64,000 bases of DNA, taken from assembly GCF_963921235.1 (NCBI RefSeq), contig NC_086097.1, positions 27,716,001 to 27,780,000 on the forward strand. Reading direction: 5' to 3'. The translations under genes and the position numbers were made by a program. Source of the stretch: Mobula hypostoma. Its lineage: Eukaryota. The notes beneath the pieces are model-generated. The model saw nothing but the letters and a program-made list of their open reading frames with translations. It was not told where the DNA came from and did no database searches. Within the stretch, counting starts at the first letter, position 1. Every line of letters starts with the position of its first letter. Shown here one piece after another: positions 26,633 through 40,175 of this stretch.

Positions 26633-27822
26633 GCAACAGACGATGCAATAGCCACTGCTCTACATACCGTCCTTACACATCTGGAGAAGAAGGACGTTTA
26701 GGTGAGAATGCTGTTCTTGGACTACAGTTCAGCATTCAATGCCACAGTTCCATCCAGGTTCGACAAGAAGCTCAGAGACCTCGGCCTTGACCCTGCCTTG
26801 TGCAGCTGGATCCTGGACTTCCTGTCAGATTGCCAGCAGGTTGTAAGAGTGCGTTCCCTCACCTCCAAGCCTCTGACATTCAATACAGGAGCCTCTCAGG
26901 GCCACGTACTGAGTCCCCTCCTTTACTCCCTGTATACGGTACTCATGACTATATCGTCACCCACAGCTCCAATCTGCTAATTAAATTTGCCGACGACACT
27001 ACGTTGATTGGCCTTATCTCAAACAATAACAAGATGGCCTACAGGGAAGAAGTCATCTCTCTGACACAGTGGCGTCGAGAAAACAACCTCTCCCTCAATG
27101 TCGCAAAAACAAAGGAGCTGGATGTGGATTACAGGAGGAATGGAGACATCAATGAATGACATCAATGGATCTGGGGTTGAGAGGGTAAACAGCTTCAAGA
27201 TCCTCGGCATCCATATTACCAAGGACCTCACGTGGTCTGTACACACCAGCTGTGTGGTGAAAAAGGCACAACAGTGCCTCTTTCACCTCAATCGGTTGAG
27301 GAAGTTTAGTATGGGCCCCCAAATCCTAAGAACTTTCTACAGGGACACAATTGAGAGCATCCTGACTGGCTGCACCACTGCCTGGAATGGGAACTGTACT
27401 TCCCTTAACTGCAGGACTCTGCAGAGAGTGGTGCAGACAGCTCAGCACATCTATAGTTGTGAACTTCCCATGATTCAGGACATTTACAAGGACAGGTGTG
27501 TAAAAAGGGACCGTAGGGTCATTGGGGACCCGAGTCAACCCAACCACAGTCTATTCCAGCTGCTACCATCCGGGAAATGGTACTGCAGCATAAAAGCCAG
27601 GACCAACAGGCTCTGGGACAGCTTCTTCCACCAGGCCATCAGACTGATTAACTCACGCTGATTTGAGTGTACTCTATATTACATTGACTGTTCTATTTAT
27701 TATAACTTATTATAAATTACTATGATTGCACATCGCACATTTAGACGGAGATGTAACGTAAAGATTTTTACTCCTCGTATATGAAGGATGTAAGAAATAA
27801 AGTCATTTTAATTCAATTCAAT
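26633..27822 (+). mobile_element. Rex1/Babar-like LINE 3' half
   Basis: [42 protein letters not shown] plus (ATTCA)n tail. Confidence 0.88.
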
Positions 27823-28664
27823 AAACATAAATCAATGATAAAAGAAACTTGATTCTGACTCTGCAAAGTGGGGAGTGAGACACTGCTTTCTGTTGGCCAG
27901 AAGTCCCTGTCAGGCGGGGCTAATGAGACCCGTAGCTGCAGGAACTTCTATACAATTGCACTCCTTGTCCTTCGCGCTTGCACTTAAAAAGGGGGATTAG
28001 GGAATTCTGTCAAAGTCCTTGAAAGCTGGTGCAATGTGGTTCGTAAATAAGACACAGTAAAAGCCACAACACAGAAATGGTGGGAATGTTTAGTAAAGAA
28101 GTGCAGGTCCAAGTCAGGGAGGCTACTTTTTACAAAATGGCATTAAAGTTCTAAGTCTTGTTAAGTGTTTCATTCCCAGGTTGTGTCTTCTTCAAAGTGG
28201 AAGGGCTTTGGAGTGTCTGAGATAAGTCCCTCAAAGATTATTTCTCACATGTACATCAAAGCATATAGTGAAATGCATGGTTTATGTCAAATCAAATCAG
28301 CAAGGATTGCGCTGGGGAGACTGTAAGTGTTGCCATGCTTCCAGCACCAACATAGCATGCCCACAACTCAGTAACCTAACCTGTACGGCTTTAAAATGTG
28401 GGAGGAAACTGGAACACCCAGAGGAAGCCCAGGTGGTCATGGCGACAACATACAAACTCCTTCCAGGGAACGCCGGCAATTGAATCCCGATCATTGATCA
28501 CGGTTAAAGTGATTATGCTAATCTTACACTACCGTGCCCCTCACCAAAGCCTGTGGTTTGCTTGGGTAACACAGAAGATATGCAGCTGGTACAGCTAGGC
28601 TTTTGGTCAATACTAATCCCTGGGAATATACTAAACATTACTGATCTCGCTTCTTTGGCAAGGA

Positions 28665-29165
28665 TCCCCCAACCCGCACCCTTGACCCCTTCTCCCATCT
28701 CCAACTGTCCTTTTCTTGGCATCCCACTCTGTTTTTCTGCCTTCTCTGGAGCTTTTCATCTCCAACTGGACTTCAGCAGTCCTTTCTCCTCTTCAAATCA
28801 TACCCCCTCTGAATGCACTGCCCTCCACTCTCTCTGCACCAGTCCCAACCTCACCATTGAGCCTGCAGACAAGGAGGGTGCTGTTGTAGTCTGACGGACA
28901 GAACTCTACTTGCTAAGGCCTGGTGGCTAGTCTCAGATACCTCCTCTTACTTACCCCTTGAAAAGGACTCCACTCAGGATCATTAGGTCATTGTCCCCCA
29001 CACCATCACCAACTCTGGAGATCTCCCACCCACTGCCGCAAACCTCATAGTTCCCGTACCCCGCACTGCTCATTTCTACCTCTTATCCATGATCCACAAA
29101 CTGTCCAGGTAGGCCCAATGCTTCTGCCTGCTTCTGCCCCACTGAACTCATGTTCACAGACCTCA
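28665..29165 (+). mobile_element. Penelope-like element internal fragment (pre-RT and RT start)
   Basis: NLTIEPADKEGAVVV (cf. IKPADKGGAVV) followed by FYLL..IHK and GRP remnants. Confidence 0.75.
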
Positions 29166-30629
29166 ACTTCACTTAAGGGAACAATGAGATTGCTATAAAT
29201 GGTATAAAAGAATGCTAACCAAATTATGATCCTAATATTACATTAAAAAGGTTAAACATTACATTATTCTTGCAGTACTTCTTTCCTTCATTACGATGTC
29301 ATAAGGGAAAAATCCACATTACGTCACATCTTCAGGCTCACTTCAGAAATCGCAAGCAGTTCTTGCCAGCTGGATACATTTACTACTCCTGCCCATCATG
29401 AAGCTTAACATTGTTATTCAACTCAGACAAGTTCATGTTCAAGTTTAATTACCGTTCAATCATACATGAATAGAGGAAAACAAGTCAGCATTACTCCAGG
29501 GCCAAGGTGCAAAGCACAATACCAACAGTCATACACAGCACACAACACATATAGTGCATACAGCGCATATAAACTGATTAGAAAGGCTGGCTCTGTTATA
29601 AGAGTCAAAATGGACACACTGGAGGCTGCGGTAGAATAAAAGACCTTACGGAAAACCCTGGCTATTCTGAACAATGTTTCTCACTTTCTGCATGCCACCT
29701 TGGCTGAACAGAGGAGCAATTTTACTAATAGACTAAGACAACTGCGCTGCTCCAAAAAGCGCTAAATTAGGTCATGCTTACCCTCGGCCATTAGGCTCTA
29801 TAATGAGTCAACCTATAGCTGGGGAAGTGATGACTTCCTCCTGTTAGACTGTTGGAGGTAACTTATTTTTTATTTCTTATTCTTTCTTACTTCTTTTCTA
29901 ATATTTGTATACAGTTACACAAGAAAAAATATATAGCCGGAATTCCTAAGTGAAATGTCCTGTAAGTTGACGGTGCACGGGTGCTGTCGGTATGAACAAG
30001 CAGTTCTCAGCAGCTGGCAGATGAACGTACGCGTGCACACAATCCAGCTTGTCTTCCACTAAGCGTGCACTGAAAGGCACCACCGATGGGCGGGGCCAGC
30101 CCCCAATCCGGCACTGATGCCACACCACACCGCCTCCGGTGTCTCCCCTCCTGGACTGCTGCAACAAGCAAGCCCAAGGCATGAGGCCTAGTCCTCACTA
30201 CAACTGAGGCCACGTAGCTCCTCCGTCCATCATCGATCTTGCTAATAAACCAGTGAATCCAATTTGCAGTATTTTTATACTACCAGTGTCCAACGGCATC
30301 TGACTATCACAAGAAAAATGTCCGAAACAATCACCTTTCAGTTAAGCTGCACACCGCCTTCACGCACCATCTCCAACACATTTCTGTAGCAGAGAGCAAC
30401 ACAGTCCACACCAAAACTAGCTCCTCCACCAACAAGTAACTCATTGATAGGGTGGACTTGCAGTACTTGAAGTTCTTAATGTTCAGCATTGCCTTGTGAT
30501 CATAATAAAATCATTTAAAAAAGACAAAAACACCTTTAGCTGGCACTGGAGAGGCTGCTGTGTCCAAGCTCACCACCATCTTATGAGAAGACAAGAATGA
30601 ATTTATTAAAGATAATGATTATCTTTATT

Positions 30630-33600
30630 AGACCATAAGACCATAAGACAAAGGAGCAGAAGTCGGCCATTCGGCCCATCGAGTCTGTTCCGCAATTTTA
30701 TCATGAGCTGATCCATTCTCCCATTCAGTCCCACTCCCCCGCCTTCTCACCACAACGTTTGATGCCCTGGCTACTCAGATACCTATCAATCTCTGCCTTA
30801 AAGACACCCAATGACTTGGCCTCCACTGCTGCCCGTGGCAACAAATTCCATAGATTCATCACCCTCTGACTAAAAAAATTTCTTCGCCTTTCTGTTCTGA
30901 ATGGGTGCCCTTCAATCCTTAAATCATGCCCTCTCGTACTATACTCCCCCATCATGGGAAACAACTTTGCCACATCCACTCTGTCCATGCCTTTCAACAT
31001 TCGAAATGCTTCTAGGAGGTCTCCCCTCATTCTTCTAACCTCCAAGGAATACAGTCCAAGAGCTGACAAACGTTCCTCATATGTTAACCCTCTCATTCCC
31101 GGAATCATTCTAGTGAATTTTCTCTGTACCCTCTCCAATGTCAGCACATCCTTTCTTAAATAAGGAGACCAAAACTGCCCACAGTACAAGTGAGGTCTCA
31201 CCAGCGCCTTATAGAGCCTCAACATCACATCCCTGCTCCTATACTCTACTCCTCTAGAAATGAATGCCAATATTGCATTCGCCTTCTTCACTACAGACTC
31301 AACCTGTACGAGGGAGTCCTGTACGAGGACTCCCAAGTCCCGTTGCATCTCAGAACTTTGAATTCTTTCTCCATTTAAATAATAGTCTGCCTGTTTATTT
31401 TTTCTGCTAAAGTGCATAACCATACACTTTCCAACACTGTAGTTCATTTGCCACTTCTCTGCCCATTCTTCCAATCTATCCAAGTCTCCCTGCAGACTCT
31501 CCGTTTCCTCAGCACTACCGGCCCCTCCACTTATCTTCGTATTGTCAGCAAACTTAGCCACAAAGCCATCTATTCCATAATCCAAATCGTTGATGTACAA
31601 TGTAAAAAGAAGCGGCCCCAACACGGACCCCTGTGGAACACCACTGGTAACCGGCAGCCAACCAGGATAGGATCCCTTTATTCCCATTGTTTCCTGCCAA
31701 TCAGCCAACGCTCTATCCACGTATGTAACTTTCCCGTAATTCCATGGGCTCTTATCTTGTTAAGTAGCCTCATGTGTGGCACCTTGTCAAAGACCTTCTG
31801 AAAATCCAAATATACAACATCCACTGCATCTCCCTTGTCTAGACTACTGGTAACTTCCTCAAAAAATTGCAATAGATTTGTCAGGCAGGATTTTCCTTTA
31901 AGGAATCCATGCTGAGTTCTGCCTATCTTGTCATATGCCTCCAGGTACTCTGTAACCACATCCTTGACAATTGACTCCATCAACTTCCCAACCACCAATG
32001 TCAAGCTAACAGGTCTATAATTTCCTTTTTGCTTCCTTGCCCCTTTCTTAAATAGCGGAGTGACATTTGCAATCTTCCAGTCCTCTGGAACCATGCCAGA
32101 ATCTATCGACTTTTGAAAGATCATCGCTAATGCCTCCGCAATCTCCACAGCTACTTCCTTCAGAACACGAGGGTGCATTCCATCTGGTCCAGAAGATTTA
32201 TCTACCTTTAGACTATTCAGCTTCCTCTGTTGTAATTGTGACTGCGCACACTTCTCTTCCCTGCCACCCTTGAGTGTCCGGTATACTGCTGATGTCTTCC
32301 TCAGTGAAGACTGATGCAAAATACTCGTTCAGTTCCTCTGCCATCTCCTTATCTCCCATTACAATTTCTCCAGCATCATCTTCTATCGGTCCTATATCAA
32401 CACTCACCTGTCTTTCACTCTTTATATACTTGAAAAAGCTTTTAGTATCCTCTTTGATATTATTTGCTAGCTTCCTTTCATGGTTTATCTTTTCCCTCTT
32501 AATGACCTTCTTGGTTTCCTTTTGTAAGGTTTTAAAAACTTCCCAATCCTCTGTCTTCCCACTAATTTTTGCTTCCTTGTATGCACTCTCCTTTGCTTTA
32601 ACTTTGGCTTTGATTTCTCTTGTCAACCATGGTTGCATCCTTTTTCCACTCGAAAATTTCTTCTTTTTTGGAATATACCTGTCTTGCACCTTCCTCACTT
32701 CTCGCATAAACTCCAGCCACTGCTGCTCTGCCATCTTTCCCGCCAGTGTCCCTTTCCAGTCAACTTTGGCCAGTTCCTCTCTCATGCCACTGTAATTTCC
32801 TTTACTCCACTGAAATACTGACACATCAGATTTCGGCTTCTCTTTTTCTAATTTCACAGTGAACTCAATCATGTTATGATCACTGAATCCTAAGGGTTCC
32901 TTCACCTCAATCTCTCTAATCACCTCTGGTTCATTACACAATACCCAATCCAGTACAGCCAATCCCCTAGTGGGCTCAACAACAAGCTGTTCTAAAGAGC
33001 CATCTCGCAGACATTCTACAAATTCTCTCTCTTGAGATCCAGTGCTGACCTGATTTTCCCAATCTACTCGCATGTTAAAATCCCCCACAATTATCATAAT
33101 ACTGCCCTTCTGACAAGCCTTTTCTATTTCCAGTTGTAATTTGTAGTCCACATCCCTGCAGCTGTTTGGAGGCCTATAAATAACTGCCATCAGGGTCCTT
33201 TTACCCCTGCTATTTCTTAGCTCAACCCATAAAGATTCTGCACCTTCCGATCCTATATCACCTCTTTCTAATGATTTAATATCATTTCTTATCAATAAAG
33301 CCATGCCTCTCCCTCTGCCTACCTTCCTATCCTTCTGATACACCGTGTATCCTTGGACGTTCAGCTCCCAGAGACATGCATCCTTTAGCCACGTCTCAGT
33401 GATGGCCACAATATCATACCTGCCAATCTGTAGCTGTACGACAAGATCATCCACCTTATTCCTTATGCTGCGTGCATGTAAATACAACACCTTAAGACCA
33501 GTATTTGATACTTTTCGCTTTGATTTCACTGCAACTTTATTGCACTGCAACTCATCCCAATGGCTACAAATTTGCCCCATCACCTGCCTGTCTTTCCTGA

Positions 33601-34089
33601 CATCTTTACTGCTCACTATCTTAGATTTATTTCTGTTTTCCCCTTCCTCCGCTCTGTCATTCCGGTTCCCATCCCCCTGCCAAATTAGTTTAAACCCTCC
33701 CTAACAGCTCTATTAAACTTTCCCGCCAGGATATTGGTCCCCTTCGGGTTCAGGTGTAACCTGTCCTTTTTGAACAGGTCATACTTCCCCCAGAAGAGAT
33801 CCCAATTCTCCAAGAATCTGAAGCCCTGCCCTCCTACACCAGTCTCTCAGGCACGCATTCATCTGCCTGATCCTACTATTCTTGCCCTCGCTAGCACGTG
33901 GCACAGGTAGCCATCCCAAGATTACTACCCTGGAGGTCCTGCTTCTCAGCTTCCTTCCTAACTCCTGGAAAGCTCTCTTCAGGACCTCTTCCCTTGTCCT
34001 ATCTATGTTATTGGTACCAACATGTACCAAGACAACTGGCTGCTCACCCTCCCCCTTTAGAATATTCAGGACCCAATCCGAGACATTCA
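30630..34089 (-). mobile_element. Near-complete CR1 LINE: partial ORF1 (SGNH esterase-like) and ORF2 (APE endonuclease plus RT)
   Basis: ORF1 fragment VHVGTNN..SRVVI.GWLPVPRAS; ORF2 AITETWL, GDFN, SDHN, NYRPVSLT, GVPQGSVLGP, KFADNTK; (CTTATGGT)n tail. Inserted into a SINE tail that resumes at 34090 (tatt at both junctions). Confidence 0.95.
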
Positions 34090-36581
34090 TATTTGTCATA
34101 TGAACATCGAAACATACAGCAGAATGCACTGTTTATGTCAATGACCAACACAGTCCGAGGATGTACTGGGGGCAGTCCACAGTGTCACTGTGCTTCTGGC
34201 GCCAACATAGCATGCCCACAACTTACTAACACTAACTGTACACCTTTGGACTGTGGGAGGAACTGGAGCACCCAGAGGAAAGCCACACAGTCACAGGAAA
34301 AATGTACAACTCTTGATAGAGAACAGCAGGAATTGAACACAAATTGCAGGTGCTGGAAAGCATGTTACCATGCTGTCCATGACTACTGCAAAACACCCAG
34401 GAAAGGCAGTTATTAACCCAAGTCAAAAGACATTAAACAAAGTAAACACTGGACTCATATGCAAAGCATATTTAATGAAAGAAGGACATCAAGTTCCCTC
34501 CTTTGGAAGTTGTCAGTGGTAGGCACATCAAAACGAGAGGGCACAGACTGAAGGTAAACACAGGAGATTCTGCAAGTGTTGGAAATCTTGAGGAACACAT
34601 ATAAATTGCTGGAGGAACTCAGCGGGTCAGGTAGCATCTAAGGATAAGATCAAACAGTCAATGGTTTGGGCCAAGACCCTTCAGGAATCACAGACTGAAG
34701 GCGAAGAAAAGAAGCTTTAACAAGAACTTGAAGGGATTGTTTTGTTTGTTATTAGAGTAGTTGATGTCTGGAATTCTTTGCCAGATGAAGTAAGCTGGGA
34801 AGTTGCTTTATTATTGTCATATGTACTGAGATACAGTATTTTGCATGCCAACCATACAGGTCATTTCATCACATCAGTACACTGTCAATACAAGAGAAAC
34901 AATAGCAATGTAGAATAGTGTGTTGCAGTACAGAGGAAGTGCAGTATAGGCAGACAGCAAGGTGCAAGGACTATGGTGAGGTGAAGAGACCAATCCAAGA
35001 CAATCATTATGTTTAAAGAGAGATTTAAAGAGGTACATGAATACGCAAGGTATATAAGGGTATGGAGCTAATGTCAGCAAATAGAATTAGTGTAGATGAC
35101 AAAAAGGTCAGCATGAACGTAGTGGGCCAAAGGGACAACTCCATGACTCTATTCAATGAACTTTCAAGTAGTGCAGGAATTAAAATGAATGCCTGGCACA
35201 GTGGCATTTGAACATACAGCCTCAATGGTGCATATTCCATCATGTCTTCAGTAATGTGCAGATTAGCTCTGCTATGTAGCTGAAGATGTCCATTAGCCCA
35301 CTATCCCTTCTCTATGCTGATTAAAAACAATAGAATATTGATGGACTCTGCAGAGTAATTTAAATGTTCGTGTGTCTGTCTGTCTGTCATTCGTCTGTGT
35401 GTGTCTGACTGCCCACATGTCTGTGCCCTGTATGTGTGCCTGTGCGTTAACCTATGAACCTGTGTGAAGGTAAATCCCTACAGTACAGAGCTAAAGAGCT
35501 TCCGTCATATGTACTCAGCTGCCCTCATCTGGCCAGACCACTCAGCTGCAGCCACAACACAATCTCAATGAACTATTTCTTACCCAAGCTCTTCCCACAT
35601 AAACCCAGCAGCTTTTATAAGATCACGTACAGCATTCCATATGAGCGGCAATTTGATGAATATATGAAGTTAGGTGATGTGAATGCTGCAAAATGAACAA
35701 CTATATTTTTCAGACATCCACTATCAACATTGAACATGCTCAGACAGGTCCATAGGTTGTTGAATAATCCTTCACTGACTGAAACACTAAACAACACTAA
35801 CTCCAGAACAGCAGAGTAGCCGAGGCTTTCCAGAACTTACTATGTAATGCAAACTTAATCCTGTTATAAGCCTATAGCTACTAAGATAGATGCAAATGTA
35901 ATGTTAGCATTCATTTCGCGAGGACTAGAATATAAAAGCAAGGATGTAATTCTGAGGCTGTATAAGGTATTTGCCTGACTGCACGTAGAGTATTTAGAAC
36001 AGTTTTGGGTCACTTATCTAAGAAAGGATGCGCTGACTGGAGAGGATCTAGAGGAGGTTCACAAGAATGATCCTGGAAATAAAAGGGATAACATATGAGG
36101 AGCGTTGGATGGCTCTGTGCCTGTACTCATTGGAGTTTAGAAGAATGAGAGGGATCTCACTGAAAACTAGTGAATATTGAAAGGCCTAGAGTGGACATGG
36201 AGAAGATGTTTCCTAGTCTGGGGGGGCTAGGACCAGAGAGCACAGCTTCAGAATAGAAGCATATCCCTTTAGAACAGAGATGCAGAGGAATTTCTTTAGC
36301 CAAAGGGTGGTAAATCTATGGAATTCATTGCCACTGACGCCTACGGAGGCCAAGTCTTTGGGTACATTTAAAGTGGAAGTTGATAGGTTCCTGATCAGGA
36401 ATGGGTGTCAAAGGTTACAGGGAGAAGGCAGAATGGAGTTGAGAGGGTTAATAAATTAATCATGATACAATGGACTCGATGGGCCAATGGGCCTAATTCT
36501 GGTCCGATGTCTTATCGAATTAAAATGAATTATATGGTGACATACAAGTACTTGGATAATAAATTTATTTTGACTTTTGGC

Positions 36582-38553
36582 TTTGAACACACACTTGAAC
36601 AAAGTAATGAACCAGGAGCCGTGGATGAACCAGCAGGTATGCCATCTGCTAAAGGCTAGATCTGTGGCATTCAAGTCTGGCAACCCAGGCCTGTCCCAGA
36701 AAACCAGGTATGATTTGCAGAGGGCTATTGCAGAGACAATTTCAAACAAGGTTGGAGGCGATATCAGATGCACTGCAACTCTGGCAGGGTCTGCAAGGCA
36801 TTACTTTCGACAAAGTGAAACCCAATTGCACGAATGGCAGCGATGCTTCACGACCATATGAACTCAACGCCTTCTATGCACGCTTTGAAAGGAGAACACA
36901 ACTACAGCTGTGAAGATCCCTGCTGCACCTGATCACCCTGCGATCTCTGTCTCAGAGGCCGATGTTAGACTGTCTTTAAAGAGTGTGAACCCTTGCAAGG
37001 CAGAAGGCCCTGATGGAGATCCTGGTAAGGCTCTGAAAACCTGTGCCAACCAACTAGCGGGAGTATTCAAGGACATTTTCAATCTCTCACTGCTATGGGC
37101 AGAAGTTCCCACTTGCTTCAAAAAAGCAACAATTATACCAGTGCCTAATAAGAATAATGTGGGCTGCCTTCATGACTATCGACTGGAAGCACTCACATCG
37201 ACAGTGATGAAATACTTTGAGAGGTGGTTATGACTAGACTGAACTCCTGTCTCAGCAAGGACGTGGACCCATTGCAATTTGCCTATTGCCACAATAGGTC
37301 AACAGCAGACGCAATCTCAATGACTCTCCACAAGGCTTTAGACCACCTAGACAACACAAACACCTATGTCAGGATGCTGTTCATTGACTATAACTCAGCA
37401 TTTAATACCATCATTCCCACAATCCTGATTGAGAAGTTGCAGAACCTGGGCCTCTGTACCTCCCTCTGTAATTGGATCCTCGACTTCCGAACCGGAAGAC
37501 CACAGTCTGTGCAGGTTAGTGATAACATATCCTCCCTGCTGACGATCAACACTGGCGCACCTCAGGGGTGTGCGCTTAGCCCACTGCTCTACTTTCTGTA
37601 TACACATGACTGTGTGGTTAGGCATAGCTCAAATACCATCTACAAATTTGCTGACGATACAACCATTGTTGGTAGAATCTCAGGTGGCGATAAGAGGGCG
37701 TACAGGAGTGAGATATGCCAACGAGTGAAATACTGCCACAGCAACAACCTAGCACTCAACGTCAGTAAGGCGAAAGAGCTGATTGTGGACTTCAGGAAGG
37801 GTAAGATGAAGGAGCACATACCAATCCTCATAGAGGGATCAGAAGTGGAGAGAGTGAGCAGCTTCAAATTCCTGGTTGTCAAGATCTCTGATGATCTAAC
37901 CTGGTCCCAACATATCGATGTAGTCATAAAGAAGGCAAGACAGTGGCTATACCTTATTAGGAGTTTGAAGAGATTTGGCATGTCAACAAATACACTCAAA
38001 AACTTCTATAGTTATACTGTGAAGAGCATTCTGACAAGTTGCTCACTGTCTGGTATGGAGGGGCTACTGCACAGGACCAAAAGAAGCTGCAGGAGGTTGT
38101 AAATCTAGTCAACTCCATCTTGGGTACTAGCCTACAAAGTACCCAGGACATCTTTAGGGAGCGGTGTCTCAGAAAGGCAGCGTCCATTATTAAGGACCAT
38201 CAGCACCCAGGGCATGCCCTTTTCTCACTGTTACCATTAGGAAGGAGGTACAGAAGCCTGAAGGCACACACTCAGCGATTCAGGAACAGCTCCTTCCCCT
38301 CTGCCACCCAATTCCTAAATGAACATCGAAGCTTTGGCCACCACCTCACTTTTTCTAATATGCAGTATTTCTGTTTTTCGCATATTTTTAAAATCTATTC
38401 AATATACGTAATTGATTTACTTGTTTATTTATAATTGTGTTTTATTTATTATTTTTCTCCGTCTCCTCAGCGAGATTATGTATTGTGTTGAACTGCTGCT
38501 GCTAAGTTAACAAATTTCACGTCACATGCCGGTGATAATAAACCCGATTCTGA
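36582..38553 (+). mobile_element. Rex1/Babar-like non-LTR retrotransposon, 5'-truncated
   Basis: [58 protein letters not shown]; tail AATAAA followed by a GATTCT-type repeat. Confidence 0.9.
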
Positions 38554-39434
38554 TGTGCCTCTGGATATGGAGCATGTGGTATCCACAGGTACACTGGGGG
38601 TTTTCTGGGACCGATGGGTACCACAGGGGCACACGTGTGTACCAGATTGACGTGAACGTCATAATTTGAAACTATTCACTGTAAATAGTGTTACTGTGGA
38701 ATATAAAACTACTACTTGATGTGATGCTGTAATCACCCAATAAGCCTCCTTCAGAAAAGAAAAAAAAATCAAGAAAAAAATGTAATCGTAAGAGATTCTG
38801 CAAATGCTGGAAATCTTGAGCAACACAGACAAAATACTGGCTCAGTAAGTCAGGCAGCGTCTGTGGGGGGCGGGGGGAGAGGAGTAACCATTCAACTTGT
38901 TGGGCTGAGACCCTTCATCAGGACTAGAGAGGAAGAGGGAAGAAGCTAGAATTCAAATTTGGAGGGTGAAGCAGGAGTACAAGCTGGCAGGTTATAGGTG
39001 AGACCAGGTGAGGGGAAAAGTGGGTGCATGGGGGAGATGGCACAGGTTTAAGGTTAGAAGGGAAAGATTTAACAAGAACTTGAGAAGTAACTTTTTTTTA
39101 TAAAAAAGGTTGCCAGTATATGGAAAAGGTGGTTGAAACAGTTACATTAACAACGTTTAAAGTACAACTGGATGCTACATGGATAGGAAAGGCTTAAAAG
39201 GTTAAAAGAATGAGGAGAGCTTGGAAGGGGCATCTTAATTGCCATGGCATGTTGGGCCGAAGGGTCTGTTTCTGTGCTGTATGATTCAATGATGGTTTAG
39301 TCTATTACAGTGGATAGCACACAGTGGGGGTGTTTGTACATAGAGAATGGATGAAACCTATTTTAAAAATACTTCAGGCATTCACTGCTCCTATTGTTTC
39401 CCTTAACTATGTCAGACAAGTGTGAGGTGTGACA

Positions 39435-40175
39435 CACCAGGAAAGGATTTAGATTGTCAGTGATAGGGCACTGCAGGGTGCAGTAGAACAGAGGGATCTG
39501 GGAATACAGATCCATAATTCCTTTGAAGCTGTGCCAGAACTACTGTAGATGAGGTCATAAAAGAGCTTTTGGCACATTGACTTGCATAAATTAAAGTTTT
39601 GAGACCAGGAGTTGAGATGTTATGTTGAAGTTGCACAAGATGTTGGTGAGGCCAAATTTGGAGCATTCTGTGCAGTTCTGGTACCTTCCTACAGGAAAGA
39701 GCACAGAGAAAATTTATGAGGATGTTGGCAGGACCTGAAGACCTGAGTTATAGGGAAAAGTTGAATAGGTTAGGACTTTATTCCTTGGAGTGTAAAAGAA
39801 AGAGGGGGATTTGATAAGAGGTATACAAAATTATGAATGGCATAGATAGGGTAAGTGCATGCAGGCTTTTTCCACTGAGGTTAGTAAAACTTGGCTGGGT
39901 CATAGGTTAAGGGTGAAATGTGAAATACTTAAGGGGAACCTGAGGAGGAACTTCACTCAGAGGGTGGTGCGAGTGTAGAACAAGCTGCCAGTGGAAATGG
40001 TGGATGAGGGTTCAATTACATTATTTGAGAGAAGTTTGGGTAAGTACATGGATGGGAGAGGTATGGAGGGCTACGGTCCAGAGCCAGGTTCGATGAGACT
40101 CAGCAGACTAACAGTTTGGCGCGAACCAAATGAGCCAAAGTGTCTGGTTCTGTGCTATAGTGCTCTATGACTCAA
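39435..40175 (+). mobile_element. Decayed CR1 3' fragment
   Basis: QRDLG, RPNLE and GLYSLE remnants. Further decayed CR1 pieces at about 1-460, 2690-3380, 3960-4250, 6757-7365, 9350-10500, 20495-21295, 21480-22230, 23230-23700, 24335-24720, 35890-36515, 46800-47370, 48640-49740, 52100-53730, 53940-54245 and 60870-61160. Confidence 0.75.
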
